Positions 38,390 to 47,714 of a stretch of DNA of 64,000 bases are shown here, piece after piece; the first letter of the stretch is position 1; each line of letters opens with the position of its first letter. The position numbers and the translations under genes are program-made. The DNA is from Sphingomonas paucimobilis (GTDB lineage: Bacteria; Pseudomonadota; Alphaproteobacteria; Sphingomonadales; Sphingomonadaceae): NCBI GenBank assembly GCA_036946325.1, contig JAQIJL010000001.1:1578630-1642629 (forward strand), written 5' to 3'. Below the pieces are notes generated by a model that ran no database searches, was not told where the DNA came from, and saw only the letters and a program-made list of their open reading frames with translations.

Positions 38390-39744
38390 CGCCCCCAGCC
38401 CCCGCCCATCGCCTGATACAGCGCGACCAGCGCGTTCAGCTGGTCGGCGCGGGTCTGTTCCAGCGACAATTCGGCGCTGAACAATGCCCGCTGCGCATCC
38501 AGCTGCTCCAGATACGGGCTGTACCCGGCGCGATAGCGGTTGGTGGCGTGGCGCAACGCTTCCGCCGTCGCGGTTCGCTGCGTCTCCAGCGCGCGGCGCT
38601 GCGCCGCCAGCCGGTCGACGGCGGCCAGCGCGTCCTCGACCTCGCGAAAGGCCGTCAGGACGCTGCGCTGATAGGCAAAGGCCGCCTGATCGCGCCGCGC
38701 CGTCGCCGCGTCGTAATTGCCGCGCAGCTGCCCGCCGCGGAACAAGGGTGCCAGCACGCTCGCCCCGATCGACCAGATGCCGACCGGGTTGGGCAAGGCG
38801 CTCGACAGTACCTCGCCGGTCGATCCGGTCAGGCGCAACTGCGGCAGGAATTGCGCGCGCGCTGCCGCCAGCGACGCATCACTCGCCGCCAGCGACGCTT
38901 CGGCCTGTGCGATGTCGGGGCGACGGCGCAGCAGGTCGGACGGCAGGCCGGCGGGGATCGGCGGCGGGACCAGCGCCTCCAGCGGCCGTCCGCGTGCGAT
39001 GGCACGCGGCGGAGAGCCGGTCAGCAGCGCCAGCGCATGTTCCTGCCGCCGTGCCAGCAACTCCAACTGCGGCAGCGTCTGCGTCACGGCGGCATATTCC
39101 GCCTCCGCCTGCCGCAGTTCGAGCTGCGAGGTATAGCCCGCCTCCGCCCGCGACCGCGCGATGCGCAGCGCCTCGCCACGCGACGCGATGGTCGCCCGCA
39201 CCGTTTCGATCCGCGCATCCAGCCCGCGCAAGGTGACGTAACCGCTGGCGGTGGCGGCGGCGATCGACAGTCGCGCGGTGTCGGCGGCGGCGGCGGCGGC
39301 ATCGCCGGTCAGCCGCGCGGCATCGATGGTACGCCCGACCCGACCGAACAGGTCGACTTCATAGGCCGACTGGAACACCGGTTGCAGCGACGTGCCCGTC
39401 GTCGCCGAGCCGAAGGCGTTGAGCGCGCGTTGTTCGATCAGCCCGACACCCGCGTCCAGCGTCGGGAAGCGTGCCGCCCGCGCGACCCGCTCGGCCACCC
39501 GCGCCTCCGCCACCCGCGCCACCGCCACCGCTATGTCGGGATTGTTGGCAAGCGCGGCGGTCACCAGCCGGGTCAGTTCGGGATCGCCGAACGCCTCCCA
39601 CCAGTTCGCCGCGACGGTTGCGGTGCCGGGCAGCGTCGTACGCCACGCGGCCGGCGGCGTCACGTTCGCCGCCGCCGGTCGCGGCCGCTCTGCCGGGGTA
39701 CACGCCCCCAGCAACGCCAGCCCGAGAAGTGCCGAACGCCTCAT
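38386..39744 (-). CDS. Outer membrane efflux lipoprotein (NodT family)
   Basis: Lipobox LGAC from ATG 39744. Motifs EVDLFGR, LLRRRPDIAQAE, LYQAMGGGW. Confidence 0.92.
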   Translation of the reverse strand: MRRSALLGLALLGACTPAERPRPAAANVTPPAAWRTTLPGTATVAANWWEAFGDPELTRLVTAALANNPDIAVAVARVAEARVAERVARAARFPTLDAGVGLIEQRALNAFGSATTGTSLQPVFQSAYEVDLFGRVGRTIDAARLTGDAAAAAADTARLSIAAATASGYVTLRGLDARIETVRATIASRGEALRIARSRAEAGYTSQLELRQAEAEYAAVTQTLPQLELLARRQEHALALLTGSPPRAIARGRPLEALVPPPIPAGLPSDLLRRRPDIAQAEASLAASDASLAAARAQFLPQLRLTGSTGEVLSSALPNPVGIWSIGASVLAPLFRGGQLRGNYDAATARRDQAAFAYQRSVLTAFREVEDALAAVDRLAAQRRALETQRTATAEALRHATNRYRAGYSPYLEQLDAQRALFSAELSLEQTRADQLNALVALYQAMGGGWGR

Positions 39745-40889
39745 CGCACTGCCGGCGACACACCGCCGCGCGTATCGACCCGCGCCTCGACCGACATGCC
39801 GGGGCGCAGTCGCTGGAACAACGGGTCGTTGCGGTCGATCGCGATGCGCACCGGAATGCGCTGCGCCACCTTCACGAAATTGCCGGTGGCATTGTCGGCG
39901 CGGATCACCGCGAACTCGTTGGCGGCGGCCGGCGCGATCCGCTCGACCCGCCCGTGCAGTTCGGCACGGTCGAGCGCGTCGACCCGGATCGTCGCGGGCT
40001 GGCCCGGTGCGATCCGCGCGGTCTGCGCTTCCTTGAAGTTCGCGGTGACCCACACGGTCGGCGGCACGAGGAACATCATCTGCGTACCCGCCGTAACATA
40101 TTGGCCCAGCCGCACGCCGACCTCGCCCAGTCGCCCGTCCTGCGGCGCGCGGATGACGGTGTTGGCAAGGTCGATCTCCGCCAGCCGGACCGCGGCTCGC
40201 GCATTCTCGACCGCCGCGCTCAGCCCGCCGCGCCCGACCGTCACCGTGCGCACCTGTTCCTGTGCGACGCTGCGCTGCGCCTGCGCCTGTGCGACGCCGG
40301 CCTCCGCCGCGCGCAGGGCGGCCAGCGTCTGGTCGCGTTCGCGCAGCGACACCGACCCTTCGCGCACCAGATCGTTGACTCGCGCCATGTCCGCCTGCGC
40401 CCGCGCCAGCTGCGCCCGCGCATTCTGCACCGCCGCCGCCTGTCCGCCGAGGCTCGCCTCGCTCGACCGCTCGCTCTGCTGCGAATTGGCGAGGTTCGCC
40501 TGTTGCGCGGCCAGCTGCGCGCGGGCCTGCTCGACCCGCTGGCGATAGATACGGTCGTCGATCCGGGCGAGGACCTGCCCGCCCTTCACATCCTGAAAGT
40601 CGCGGACCAGCACCTCGGTAACATAGCCGTTGACCTGTGGCGCGATGATCGTCGTCTGCCCGCGGACATAGGCATTGTCGGTCGCCTGGATCGCGCTGCC
40701 GAACGGCCACAGCCCCCACGCATAGAGCGCCAGCGCCACCCCGCCCAGCAGCAGCGCGACGAACCCGATCGTCGACTTGAGGCTACCGCGCGGCGGCGCC
40801 CAACCGCGCGCCTTGGTCGGCTCCTCCGGCACCTCGACCGGATCGGCCAGCCGTTCTGCTTCGTCTCGGGATAACTGGGTATCGGTCAT
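39741..40889 (-). CDS. HlyD/EmrA-family membrane fusion protein
   Basis: TDNAYVRG, APQVNGYV, ANFKEAQ, NATGNFVKVAQRIPVRI. Confidence 0.93.
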   Translation of the reverse strand: MTDTQLSRDEAERLADPVEVPEEPTKARGWAPPRGSLKSTIGFVALLLGGVALALYAWGLWPFGSAIQATDNAYVRGQTTIIAPQVNGYVTEVLVRDFQDVKGGQVLARIDDRIYRQRVEQARAQLAAQQANLANSQQSERSSEASLGGQAAAVQNARAQLARAQADMARVNDLVREGSVSLRERDQTLAALRAAEAGVAQAQAQRSVAQEQVRTVTVGRGGLSAAVENARAAVRLAEIDLANTVIRAPQDGRLGEVGVRLGQYVTAGTQMMFLVPPTVWVTANFKEAQTARIAPGQPATIRVDALDRAELHGRVERIAPAAANEFAVIRADNATGNFVKVAQRIPVRIAIDRNDPLFQRLRPGMSVEARVDTRGGVSPAVR

Positions 40890-42550
40890 GACATCTGCTT
40901 CTGTCGCATCTGCTGTACGGCGGCCAGATCGCCGGCGAGCGGGTTCACGCCCTTCAGGCGGTAGCGCAGCCACAGCGCGCCCAGCCACACGACCATCGCC
41001 GCCGACAGCAGGGCGACGCCGAGGAACACGTCGTTATAGGCGAGGATATTGGCCTCGCGCGTCACCTGCTGCCCCAGCAACCCCGCGCCCGACGCCTGTC
41101 GCAGCGCCGGATCGCCGAGCACGCGGGCATAGGCGCCGCCGAGCTGCTGGATACGCTGCACCACCATCGGGTCGGTCGCGGTCAGGTTCTGGGTCAGTTC
41201 GAACGCGTGATATTTCTCGCGCACGATCTGGAACGATCCCAGCAGCGCGGTGCCGGCCAATCCGCCCATCGTCTGCGAAATGCCGAAGATCGCGGAGAAA
41301 CTGATGATATGGCTCGGCCCGCGCGCCAACGCGCGGAAAACCCCGATCATGATCATCGGTCCCAGGAAATAGAGCGCGGCGAAGGCGATGATCCCCTGGC
41401 TGACATACAGGCTCGACGGCCGGGTCAGGTTGGTCGAATCCGAATCCATCCATGCGCCGAGGCCGATCAGCGCGACGGCGATCACCACCGGCTTGTACAA
41501 ATCCTGCATGTTGAGCGTCTTGAGGCTGACCGCGACCCCGGCGATCGATGCCAGCACCATGACAAGGCTCAACGTCACCAGCTGGTCGTTGCCCATGCCG
41601 ACGACGGTCAGCAGCCCGACCGTGCCGAACGTCTGTTCGGACAGCAGGATACGCAGCGACGCCGCGACGATCGCGAAGCGGATGATGTTGCGCCCCAGCA
41701 TCCAGCGGGTGTTGAGCAGCGGGTTGGCGCGATTATGCTCGATCAGCAGCGCCCCGCCGATCAGCGGGATGGCGGCGGCGGTGGCATAGCCCAGCCACGG
41801 CGTCGACCACCATTGGATCCGCCCCTGCACCAGCACCGCACACAGCAGCGCGACGCCGGGCGCGAGCAGCGCGAAGGTGAGGAAGTCGATCTTCTCGAAC
41901 GCCGGCGTCCGTTCCGATGGCGGCAGTCGCAGCAGTGCGACTGCGCCCAGGCACATCAACGTCAGCCCCAGTTCGAACCAGAACAGCGCCTCGATCCGCC
42001 CGTCCGCCAGCAACAGCGGCGACAGCGTGCGCGCGAGCGGCAGCGCCACCTGCGACGCGCCGAACCCCATGATCATACCCGACAGCCGCGCGGCGGCGGG
42101 CAGCGCCTGCATGATGTAGAGGAAGCACAGGGTCGTCAGCGCGCTGGCTACGATGCCCGACGCGCCACGCACGATCAGCTGCACGCCATAGCTGTGGACG
42201 ACCAGCTGCAGGATATTGAGGATCAGGAACGCGGCGAGGAACACGCGCGTGAAGCGCTGCATCCCGAATTGCTGGCGGAACTTGATCAGCAGCATCGACA
42301 TGCACACGCTGGTCATCGACGAAATCGCGGTCAGCCACCCGCCCTGCACCGGCGTCAGTCCCAGCGATCCCTGTATCTGCGGCAAATTCGCGATCAGCAG
42401 CCCGTTGCTGAACCCACCGGTCACGCCCAGCAGGATGCCGGTCGCGAAATAGCCGACCCGCCGCCCGAACGGATGATCGGGCGTCGCGGGGGAACCGGGC
42501 AGGAACGGCCGCTCGTGCGGCTTGAATTCATACGCCGGGGCGATCGCCAT
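40886..42550 (-). CDS. MFS efflux permease (EmrB/DHA2-like)
   Basis: About 14 hydrophobic segments, KFRQQFG, EHNRANPLL, VTREANILAYNDVF. Overlapping operon with MFP and OMF. Confidence 0.88.
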   Translation of the reverse strand: MAIAPAYEFKPHERPFLPGSPATPDHPFGRRVGYFATGILLGVTGGFSNGLLIANLPQIQGSLGLTPVQGGWLTAISSMTSVCMSMLLIKFRQQFGMQRFTRVFLAAFLILNILQLVVHSYGVQLIVRGASGIVASALTTLCFLYIMQALPAAARLSGMIMGFGASQVALPLARTLSPLLLADGRIEALFWFELGLTLMCLGAVALLRLPPSERTPAFEKIDFLTFALLAPGVALLCAVLVQGRIQWWSTPWLGYATAAAIPLIGGALLIEHNRANPLLNTRWMLGRNIIRFAIVAASLRILLSEQTFGTVGLLTVVGMGNDQLVTLSLVMVLASIAGVAVSLKTLNMQDLYKPVVIAVALIGLGAWMDSDSTNLTRPSSLYVSQGIIAFAALYFLGPMIMIGVFRALARGPSHIISFSAIFGISQTMGGLAGTALLGSFQIVREKYHAFELTQNLTATDPMVVQRIQQLGGAYARVLGDPALRQASGAGLLGQQVTREANILAYNDVFLGVALLSAAMVVWLGALWLRYRLKGVNPLAGDLAAVQQMRQKQMS

Positions 42551-42580
42551 GGCTCCATATGGGGATATTGATCGAGCAAC

Positions 42581-42605
42581 AACTTGTCACGGAACCGATC
42601 GTTCC
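42581..42605 (-). promoter_or_regulatory. Putative sigma-EcfG promoter of the MFS-MFP-OMF-GNAT operon
   Basis: Minus strand GGAAC-gatcggttccgtgacaa-GTT (N17), about 30 nt upstream of ATG 42550, which has a GGAG RBS. Confidence 0.7.
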
Positions 42606-42651
42606 GGATCGGCAATGGATATGCGGAAGGTAGTTGCCGACAAGCCACAGA

Positions 42652-42734
42652 CGCCAACCCAGCGCAGGCTGGGGTCTCCCGCTAGTGCAGCGTCCTCCTC
42701 ACCGCAGGAGGCCCCGGCCTGCGCTGGGGCGACG
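42652..42734. repeat. CGTC-type REP dimer (gcgcaggc loop)
   Basis: cccagcgcaggctggggtctcc...ggaggccccggcctgcgctggggcgacg. Confidence 0.8.
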
Positions 42735-42777
42735 TAACATGACTGGCGTCCTGACCCGCATCGGTTAGGATCGCCCC

Positions 42778-44550
42778 ATGCGTATCCTAATCCTCGCCGC
42801 CGCGCTCCTCGCCTCGACCGCCACCGCCCAGATTCCGCTCGAAGCGCCCCTGCCCCCGGTCCGCCCGTGGCACGGCGCCAGCGAGAAGCTGGTCGCGAAG
42901 CCCGCCGATCCGTGGATCACCCCGGCGGAGGCGAGCGGCTTCGTCACCACGCCCGATTATGCCGCGACCCGCGCATGGATCGACAAGCTGGTCGCCGCGT
43001 CGCCGCTGCTGTCGATCGAGACGTTCGGCAAAAGCCCGCAGGGGCGCGATCTCTATGCCGTCCGGGCGCACAAGGGCGCGACGCCCAAACCGGCCGTGCT
43101 GGTGCAGGCCGGCATCCATTCGGGCGAGATCGAGGGCAAGGATGCCGGACTGATGCTGCTGCGCGACATCGCGCTGCGCGGCAAGGACCGGCTGCTCGAC
43201 AAGGTCGATCTGGTGTTCGTGCCGATCTACAATGTCGACGGCCATGAACGCTCCAGCCCCTTCAACCGCCCCAACCAGCGCGGGCCGAAGGACATGGGCT
43301 GGCGCACCACCGCGCAGAATCTGAACCTCAACCGCGACTATCTGAAGGCCGACGCGCCGGAGACGCAGGCGATGATCGGCCTGATCCGCCGGATCGACCC
43401 GATCCTCTATCTCGACCTGCACGTCACCGACGGCATCGACCACCGCTATGACGTGACCTATGCCTTTTCGGGCTGGCGGGGCTATTATGCGCGGTCGGCA
43501 GCGATCGGGCGGTTCCTCGACACGCGGCTGCGCCCGGCGATGGATACGGCACTCAGGCGGAACGGCCATATTCCCGGCTATTATGTCAGCACGCTCGACA
43601 ATCGCGCGCCGGAGAAGGGCATGACGCAGGACGTCGATACGCCGCGTTTCTCGACCGGCTATGGCGATGTCGCGCATATCCCGACCGTGCTGGTCGAGAC
43701 GCATTCGCTCAAACCCTATCGCCAGCGGGTGCTCGGCACCTATGTCTTCGTCGAGGAATCGCTGCGACTGGCGGGCGAGCGCGCGGGCGAACTGCGCGCC
43801 GCGATCGATGCCGACCGCGCCATCCGCCCGACGACCGTCACGACCTCGTGGAAGCAGACGCCGGAGCCGATCTACCGCGTCGATTTTCTGGGGTTGGCGC
43901 ACGACACCTATCGCTCGCCCGCCTCGGGCCGCGACGAACTGCGCTGGCTGGCCAAGCCCGTCACCTTCAAGATGCCGGTCTATGGCAGCAATCCCGACAA
44001 GACCGTCACGCTGCCGCGGGCATGGTGGGTGCCCGCCACCCTGCCGCATGTCATCGACCTGCTGAAGCTCCACGGCGTGACCGTCGAGCCGATCGCGGCC
44101 CCGCGCACGCTCGACCTCGACATGGCGCGCGCGACCGATCCGAAGCTCGGCCGCGCCAATGAAGGCCATATCCCGCTGGAGGCGACGATCGTCCATGAAC
44201 GCCGCCGCGAAACCATGCCCGCGGGATCGGTCCGCGTCCCTGCCGACCAGCCGCTGGGCCTGCTGGCCGCCTTCCTGCTCGAACCCGAAAGCGAGGACGG
44301 CGTGCTCGCGTGGAACCTCGCGCCCGGCATGCTGCAACGGACCGAATATATCGAAGGCTATGCGATCGCGCCGCTCGCCGACCGGATGCTGGCGAACGAT
44401 CCGACGCTCAAGGCGGCGTTCGACGCCAAAGTCGCCGCCGACCCGGCCTTTGCCGCCGATCCGACCGCACGGCTGCAATGGTTCTATGCCCGCACGCCTT
44501 ATTATGACGAAAGGTTTCTACTGTATCCGATTGGACGCGAGGTGAATTGA
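42778..44550 (+). CDS. Secreted M14 zinc carboxypeptidase
   Basis: Signal peptide. Motifs GIHSGEIEG (HxxE), NLNRD, YLDLHVTDG. Confidence 0.92.
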   Translation: MRILILAAALLASTATAQIPLEAPLPPVRPWHGASEKLVAKPADPWITPAEASGFVTTPDYAATRAWIDKLVAASPLLSIETFGKSPQGRDLYAVRAHKGATPKPAVLVQAGIHSGEIEGKDAGLMLLRDIALRGKDRLLDKVDLVFVPIYNVDGHERSSPFNRPNQRGPKDMGWRTTAQNLNLNRDYLKADAPETQAMIGLIRRIDPILYLDLHVTDGIDHRYDVTYAFSGWRGYYARSAAIGRFLDTRLRPAMDTALRRNGHIPGYYVSTLDNRAPEKGMTQDVDTPRFSTGYGDVAHIPTVLVETHSLKPYRQRVLGTYVFVEESLRLAGERAGELRAAIDADRAIRPTTVTTSWKQTPEPIYRVDFLGLAHDTYRSPASGRDELRWLAKPVTFKMPVYGSNPDKTVTLPRAWWVPATLPHVIDLLKLHGVTVEPIAAPRTLDLDMARATDPKLGRANEGHIPLEATIVHERRRETMPAGSVRVPADQPLGLLAAFLLEPESEDGVLAWNLAPGMLQRTEYIEGYAIAPLADRMLANDPTLKAAFDAKVAADPAFAADPTARLQWFYARTPYYDERFLLYPIGREVN

Positions 44551-44608
44551 CGGGTTGCCTACTCCAATGGACATAGCGGCGGAATTGAACGAATTCTGAC
44601 GGCCAACC

Positions 44609-44704
44609 CGTTATCCCCGCGAAGGCGGGGATCCATAGACGCCAAGGTAACGGATCAAACCACAACCGCTGCGTCTATGGATTCCCGCCTTCGCGGGAAT
44701 GACG
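44609..44704. repeat. CGTC-type REP dimer (gcgaaggc loop)
   Basis: cgttatccccgcgaaggcggggatccatagac...gtctatggattcccgccttcgcgggaatgacg. Confidence 0.85.
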
Positions 44705-44752
44705 ATCCGGGCCGATAGGCCACGAACAGAACGCGATGGAGAGCCTGACCTC

Positions 44753-45463
44753 ATGACCGCCCCTTCGATCATCGTCGTCGAGGACGATCCCGCGCTGCGC
44801 ACCCTCACCGCCCGCGCGCTGCAGGAAAATGGCTATCACGTTCGCACCTGTTCGGCGGCGCCTGAAATGTGGCTGGCGCTGGAACAGGGGCCGGTCGACC
44901 TGATCCTGCTCGATATCATGCTGCCGGGCACCAGCGGCATCGACCTGTGCCGCCAGATTCGCCAGAACAGCAGCGTGCCGATCATCTTCGTGTCCGCCAA
45001 GGGCAGCGAGGTCGACCGCGTGATCGGTCTCGAACTCGGTGCCGACGACTATCTGCCCAAGCCGTTCGGCACGCGCGAGTTGATCGCCCGCGTCCGTGCC
45101 GTCCTGCGCCGGGGCGAGCTGAACGCCCAGACCGCGCAGCGCGAGGAGGGCATCTACAGCTTCGAAGGCTGGACCGCGAACGTGCCCCGCCGCGAACTGA
45201 CCTCGCCTACGGGCGCGCAGGTCGACCTGACCGGCGCCGAATTCGACCTGCTGGTCGTGCTGCTCGACCATGCGCAGCGCGTCATCGCCCGCGAACGGCT
45301 GATCGAGCTGTCGCGCACCCGGCTGGGCGACAGTTCGGACCGCAGCATCGACGTGCTCATCAGCCGGCTGCGCCGCAAGCTGTCGACCGCCGGCGGCACG
45401 CCACCGATCGTCACCGTGCGCGGCGTCGGCTATATGCTGAACGTACCGGTGGAACGCCGTTGA
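44753..45463 (+). CDS. OmpR-family response regulator
   Basis: VVEDD, LLDIMLPG, GADDYLPKPF, DRSIDVLISRLRRKL, TVRGVGY. Confidence 0.95.
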   Translation: MTAPSIIVVEDDPALRTLTARALQENGYHVRTCSAAPEMWLALEQGPVDLILLDIMLPGTSGIDLCRQIRQNSSVPIIFVSAKGSEVDRVIGLELGADDYLPKPFGTRELIARVRAVLRRGELNAQTAQREEGIYSFEGWTANVPRRELTSPTGAQVDLTGAEFDLLVVLLDHAQRVIARERLIELSRTRLGDSSDRSIDVLISRLRRKLSTAGGTPPIVTVRGVGYMLNVPVERR

Positions 45464-46797
45464 AGCGTTTCACGGCGCTGCCGGTGGGGCTGATCGGCCG
45501 GATCGTCGCGATCCTGCTGTTGACCATCGTCATCGAATTCGGCGTGTCGGTGCTGCTCTACGAACGCGCCAGCCAGTTTTCGGTGCGCGACGACGAGGCG
45601 CGCCGCCTCGCCGAACATCTCGTCATCGCGCGGCGCATCGTCGAGGAACGCCCGATCGTCGAGCGCGCCGGCATGGCGACCGAGCTGACCACCGAACGCT
45701 ATGCCGTGCAATGGCGCGGCACGGCCCCCGAACTGCCGGCCAGCGGCACCGAATTGCGTGAGATGGAGCAGCAGATCCTCGCATGGGAGCCGAGCCTCGC
45801 CCCCACCGGCCTGCACCTGACGCTGATCGGTCAGGGGCGACGATCGGTGGTCAGCGGCGCGCTCCAGCTGGAGGATGGCAGCTGGCTGTATTTCCGCACC
45901 TTGGAACCGCTGCGCGCCTTCGACCTCGCCATCGGCCGCATCCTGCTGGCGCTGATCCCCGCCATCGCGCTGATGGTGGTCGGCGGGCTGCTGATCCGCC
46001 GGACGCTGCGGCCGATGCGCCAGCTCGCCGATGCGGTCGACCGCTTCGGTCCCGGCGGCGGATCGACCCTGCCGACCATCGAGGAAGCGGGACCGGGCGA
46101 GGTGCGCCGCCTCGTCGTCGCCTTCAACGGGTTGCAGGCGCGTATCCACCGGCTGATCGACGAACGCACCCGCGCGCTTGCCGCCGTGGGGCACGACCTG
46201 CGCACCCCGCTCGCCCGGCTGCGGCTGCGCACCGATGCGATCCCCGACCGCGACCTGCGCGACACGGTGCAGAACGACCTTGCCGAAATGGAGGCGATGG
46301 TCACCTCGCTGCTCGCCTTCCTGGGCGGGGAGAGCGAGCCGGAACGCGCGGTGCTGGTCGACATCGCGGTGCTGTGCGCCAGCATCGTCGACGATGCCGC
46401 CGACCATGGCCATGAAGCGACCTATGACGGCCCCGACCATTTCGAACGCGCGGTCCGCCGGTCGAATTTCCGCCGCGCCGTCGTCAATCTGGTGGAGAAT
46501 GCGGTCCATTATGGCGGCAGCGTCACGCTGACCCTCGCGGTCGAGGATGGCGCGACCGTTATCCGGGTCGAGGATGACGGCCCGGGCATTCCCGACGAAT
46601 CGCTGGCCGATGTCCTCGAACCGTTCGTCCGCCTCGACACCGCCCGGAAACGCGACACGGTCGGCTTCGGCCTCGGCCTGTCGATCGTTCAGCGGGCGGC
46701 GGAGGCCGAAGGGGGCCGGCTGGAGTTGCGCAACCGCGCCAGCGGCGGGCTGTGCGCCGCGATCATTCTGCCCGCACCTTTCGCGCCACGGCAATAA
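45460..46797 (+). CDS. EnvZ-like sensor histidine kinase
   Basis: TTG start overlaps the RR stop. Two TM helices, HAMP, GHDLRTPL, NLVENA, DDGPGI, GFGLGL. Confidence 0.93.
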   Translation: MKRFTALPVGLIGRIVAILLLTIVIEFGVSVLLYERASQFSVRDDEARRLAEHLVIARRIVEERPIVERAGMATELTTERYAVQWRGTAPELPASGTELREMEQQILAWEPSLAPTGLHLTLIGQGRRSVVSGALQLEDGSWLYFRTLEPLRAFDLAIGRILLALIPAIALMVVGGLLIRRTLRPMRQLADAVDRFGPGGGSTLPTIEEAGPGEVRRLVVAFNGLQARIHRLIDERTRALAAVGHDLRTPLARLRLRTDAIPDRDLRDTVQNDLAEMEAMVTSLLAFLGGESEPERAVLVDIAVLCASIVDDAADHGHEATYDGPDHFERAVRRSNFRRAVVNLVENAVHYGGSVTLTLAVEDGATVIRVEDDGPGIPDESLADVLEPFVRLDTARKRDTVGFGLGLSIVQRAAEAEGGRLELRNRASGGLCAAIILPAPFAPRQ

Positions 46798-46895
46798 TTC
46801 GTTACACAGCCGCCGAACGCAGCAAGGTTGCATCGGCTATATCCCAATGTGAACCGGTGGCCCCAAGCCGCTGAAACGGTTTGGAGGGAGAGACG

Positions 46896-47591
46896 ATGAA
46901 CGACGTGATCGGCCGGGTGTTCGGTTTCGAAAAGGACGTGTTCGGCAGCGATGCCGACCTCTATTCGAAGCTGGCGACCGACGGGCAAAGCCCGAAGGTC
47001 CTGATGATCTCGTGTTCGGACTCGCGTGTCGTCCCCGAACATGTCCTGCAGGCGAAGCCGGGCGACGTATTCGTCATCCGCAACGCCGGCAACATCGTAC
47101 CCCCCTTCACCCAGCAGAATGGCGGTACGACCTCGACGGTCGAATATGCCGTCGCGGTGCTGGGCGTGACCGACATCATCGTGTCGGGTCATTCGGGCTG
47201 CGGCGCGATGGGCGCGCTGATGAAGCCGGAAACGCTCGACGGCCTGCCCAGCGTCGCCGCGTGGCTGCGCCACAGCCACGCCGCCCATTCGGTGGTCGAA
47301 AACAGCTATCCCGATCTCGACGACGCCGCTGCGGTCCGTGCCGCCAGCCTCGAAAACGTCGTGGTCCAGATTTCGCACCTGCGCACCCATCCGGCGGTCG
47401 CGTCGCGCATCGCCAAGGGCGAGCTGACGCTGCACGGCTGGTTCGTCGACATCCATGCGGGCACGATCCTCGCACTGGACGGCGAAACCGGCCGCTTCGC
47501 GCCGATCAAGCAGGATCGGGCATTGCCGGTGGCGCTGCCCGCCGCCAAGCGCCTCGCCGCGGATTTCGTGACGGCGGAAGCCGCCGAGTAA
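46896..47591 (+). CDS. Beta-class carbonic anhydrase 1 (CynT-like)
   Basis: CSDSRV, RNAGNIVP, VEYAV, GHSGCGAM. GGAGGGAG RBS. Confidence 0.94.
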   Translation: MNDVIGRVFGFEKDVFGSDADLYSKLATDGQSPKVLMISCSDSRVVPEHVLQAKPGDVFVIRNAGNIVPPFTQQNGGTTSTVEYAVAVLGVTDIIVSGHSGCGAMGALMKPETLDGLPSVAAWLRHSHAAHSVVENSYPDLDDAAAVRAASLENVVVQISHLRTHPAVASRIAKGELTLHGWFVDIHAGTILALDGETGRFAPIKQDRALPVALPAAKRLAADFVTAEAAE

Positions 47592-47653
47592 CCAGTTCCT
47601 GCGGGTTGGCGGGGCGAATCTTCCCTCCCCCGTTCCGCCGGCCGTGGGTTCCG

Positions 47654-47687
47654 CGCCGGGCGTGCTTCCCCCAAGCACGTCCGGCGC
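47654..47687 (+). other. Strong intra-cluster hairpin between CA1 and SulP
   Basis: cgccgg-g-cgtgctt-cccc(c)-aagcacg-t-ccggcg. No clear U-tract. Confidence 0.6.
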
Positions 47688-47714
47688 ACCCTGTTTCAAA
47701 GGCTATCGACCGCC

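Noticed and set aside
46798-46835. GTTACA and GTTGCA upstream of CA1 as an OmpR-type site
   Set aside because: The two hexamers are 26 bp apart, not the usual 10-11. Not supportable by eye.
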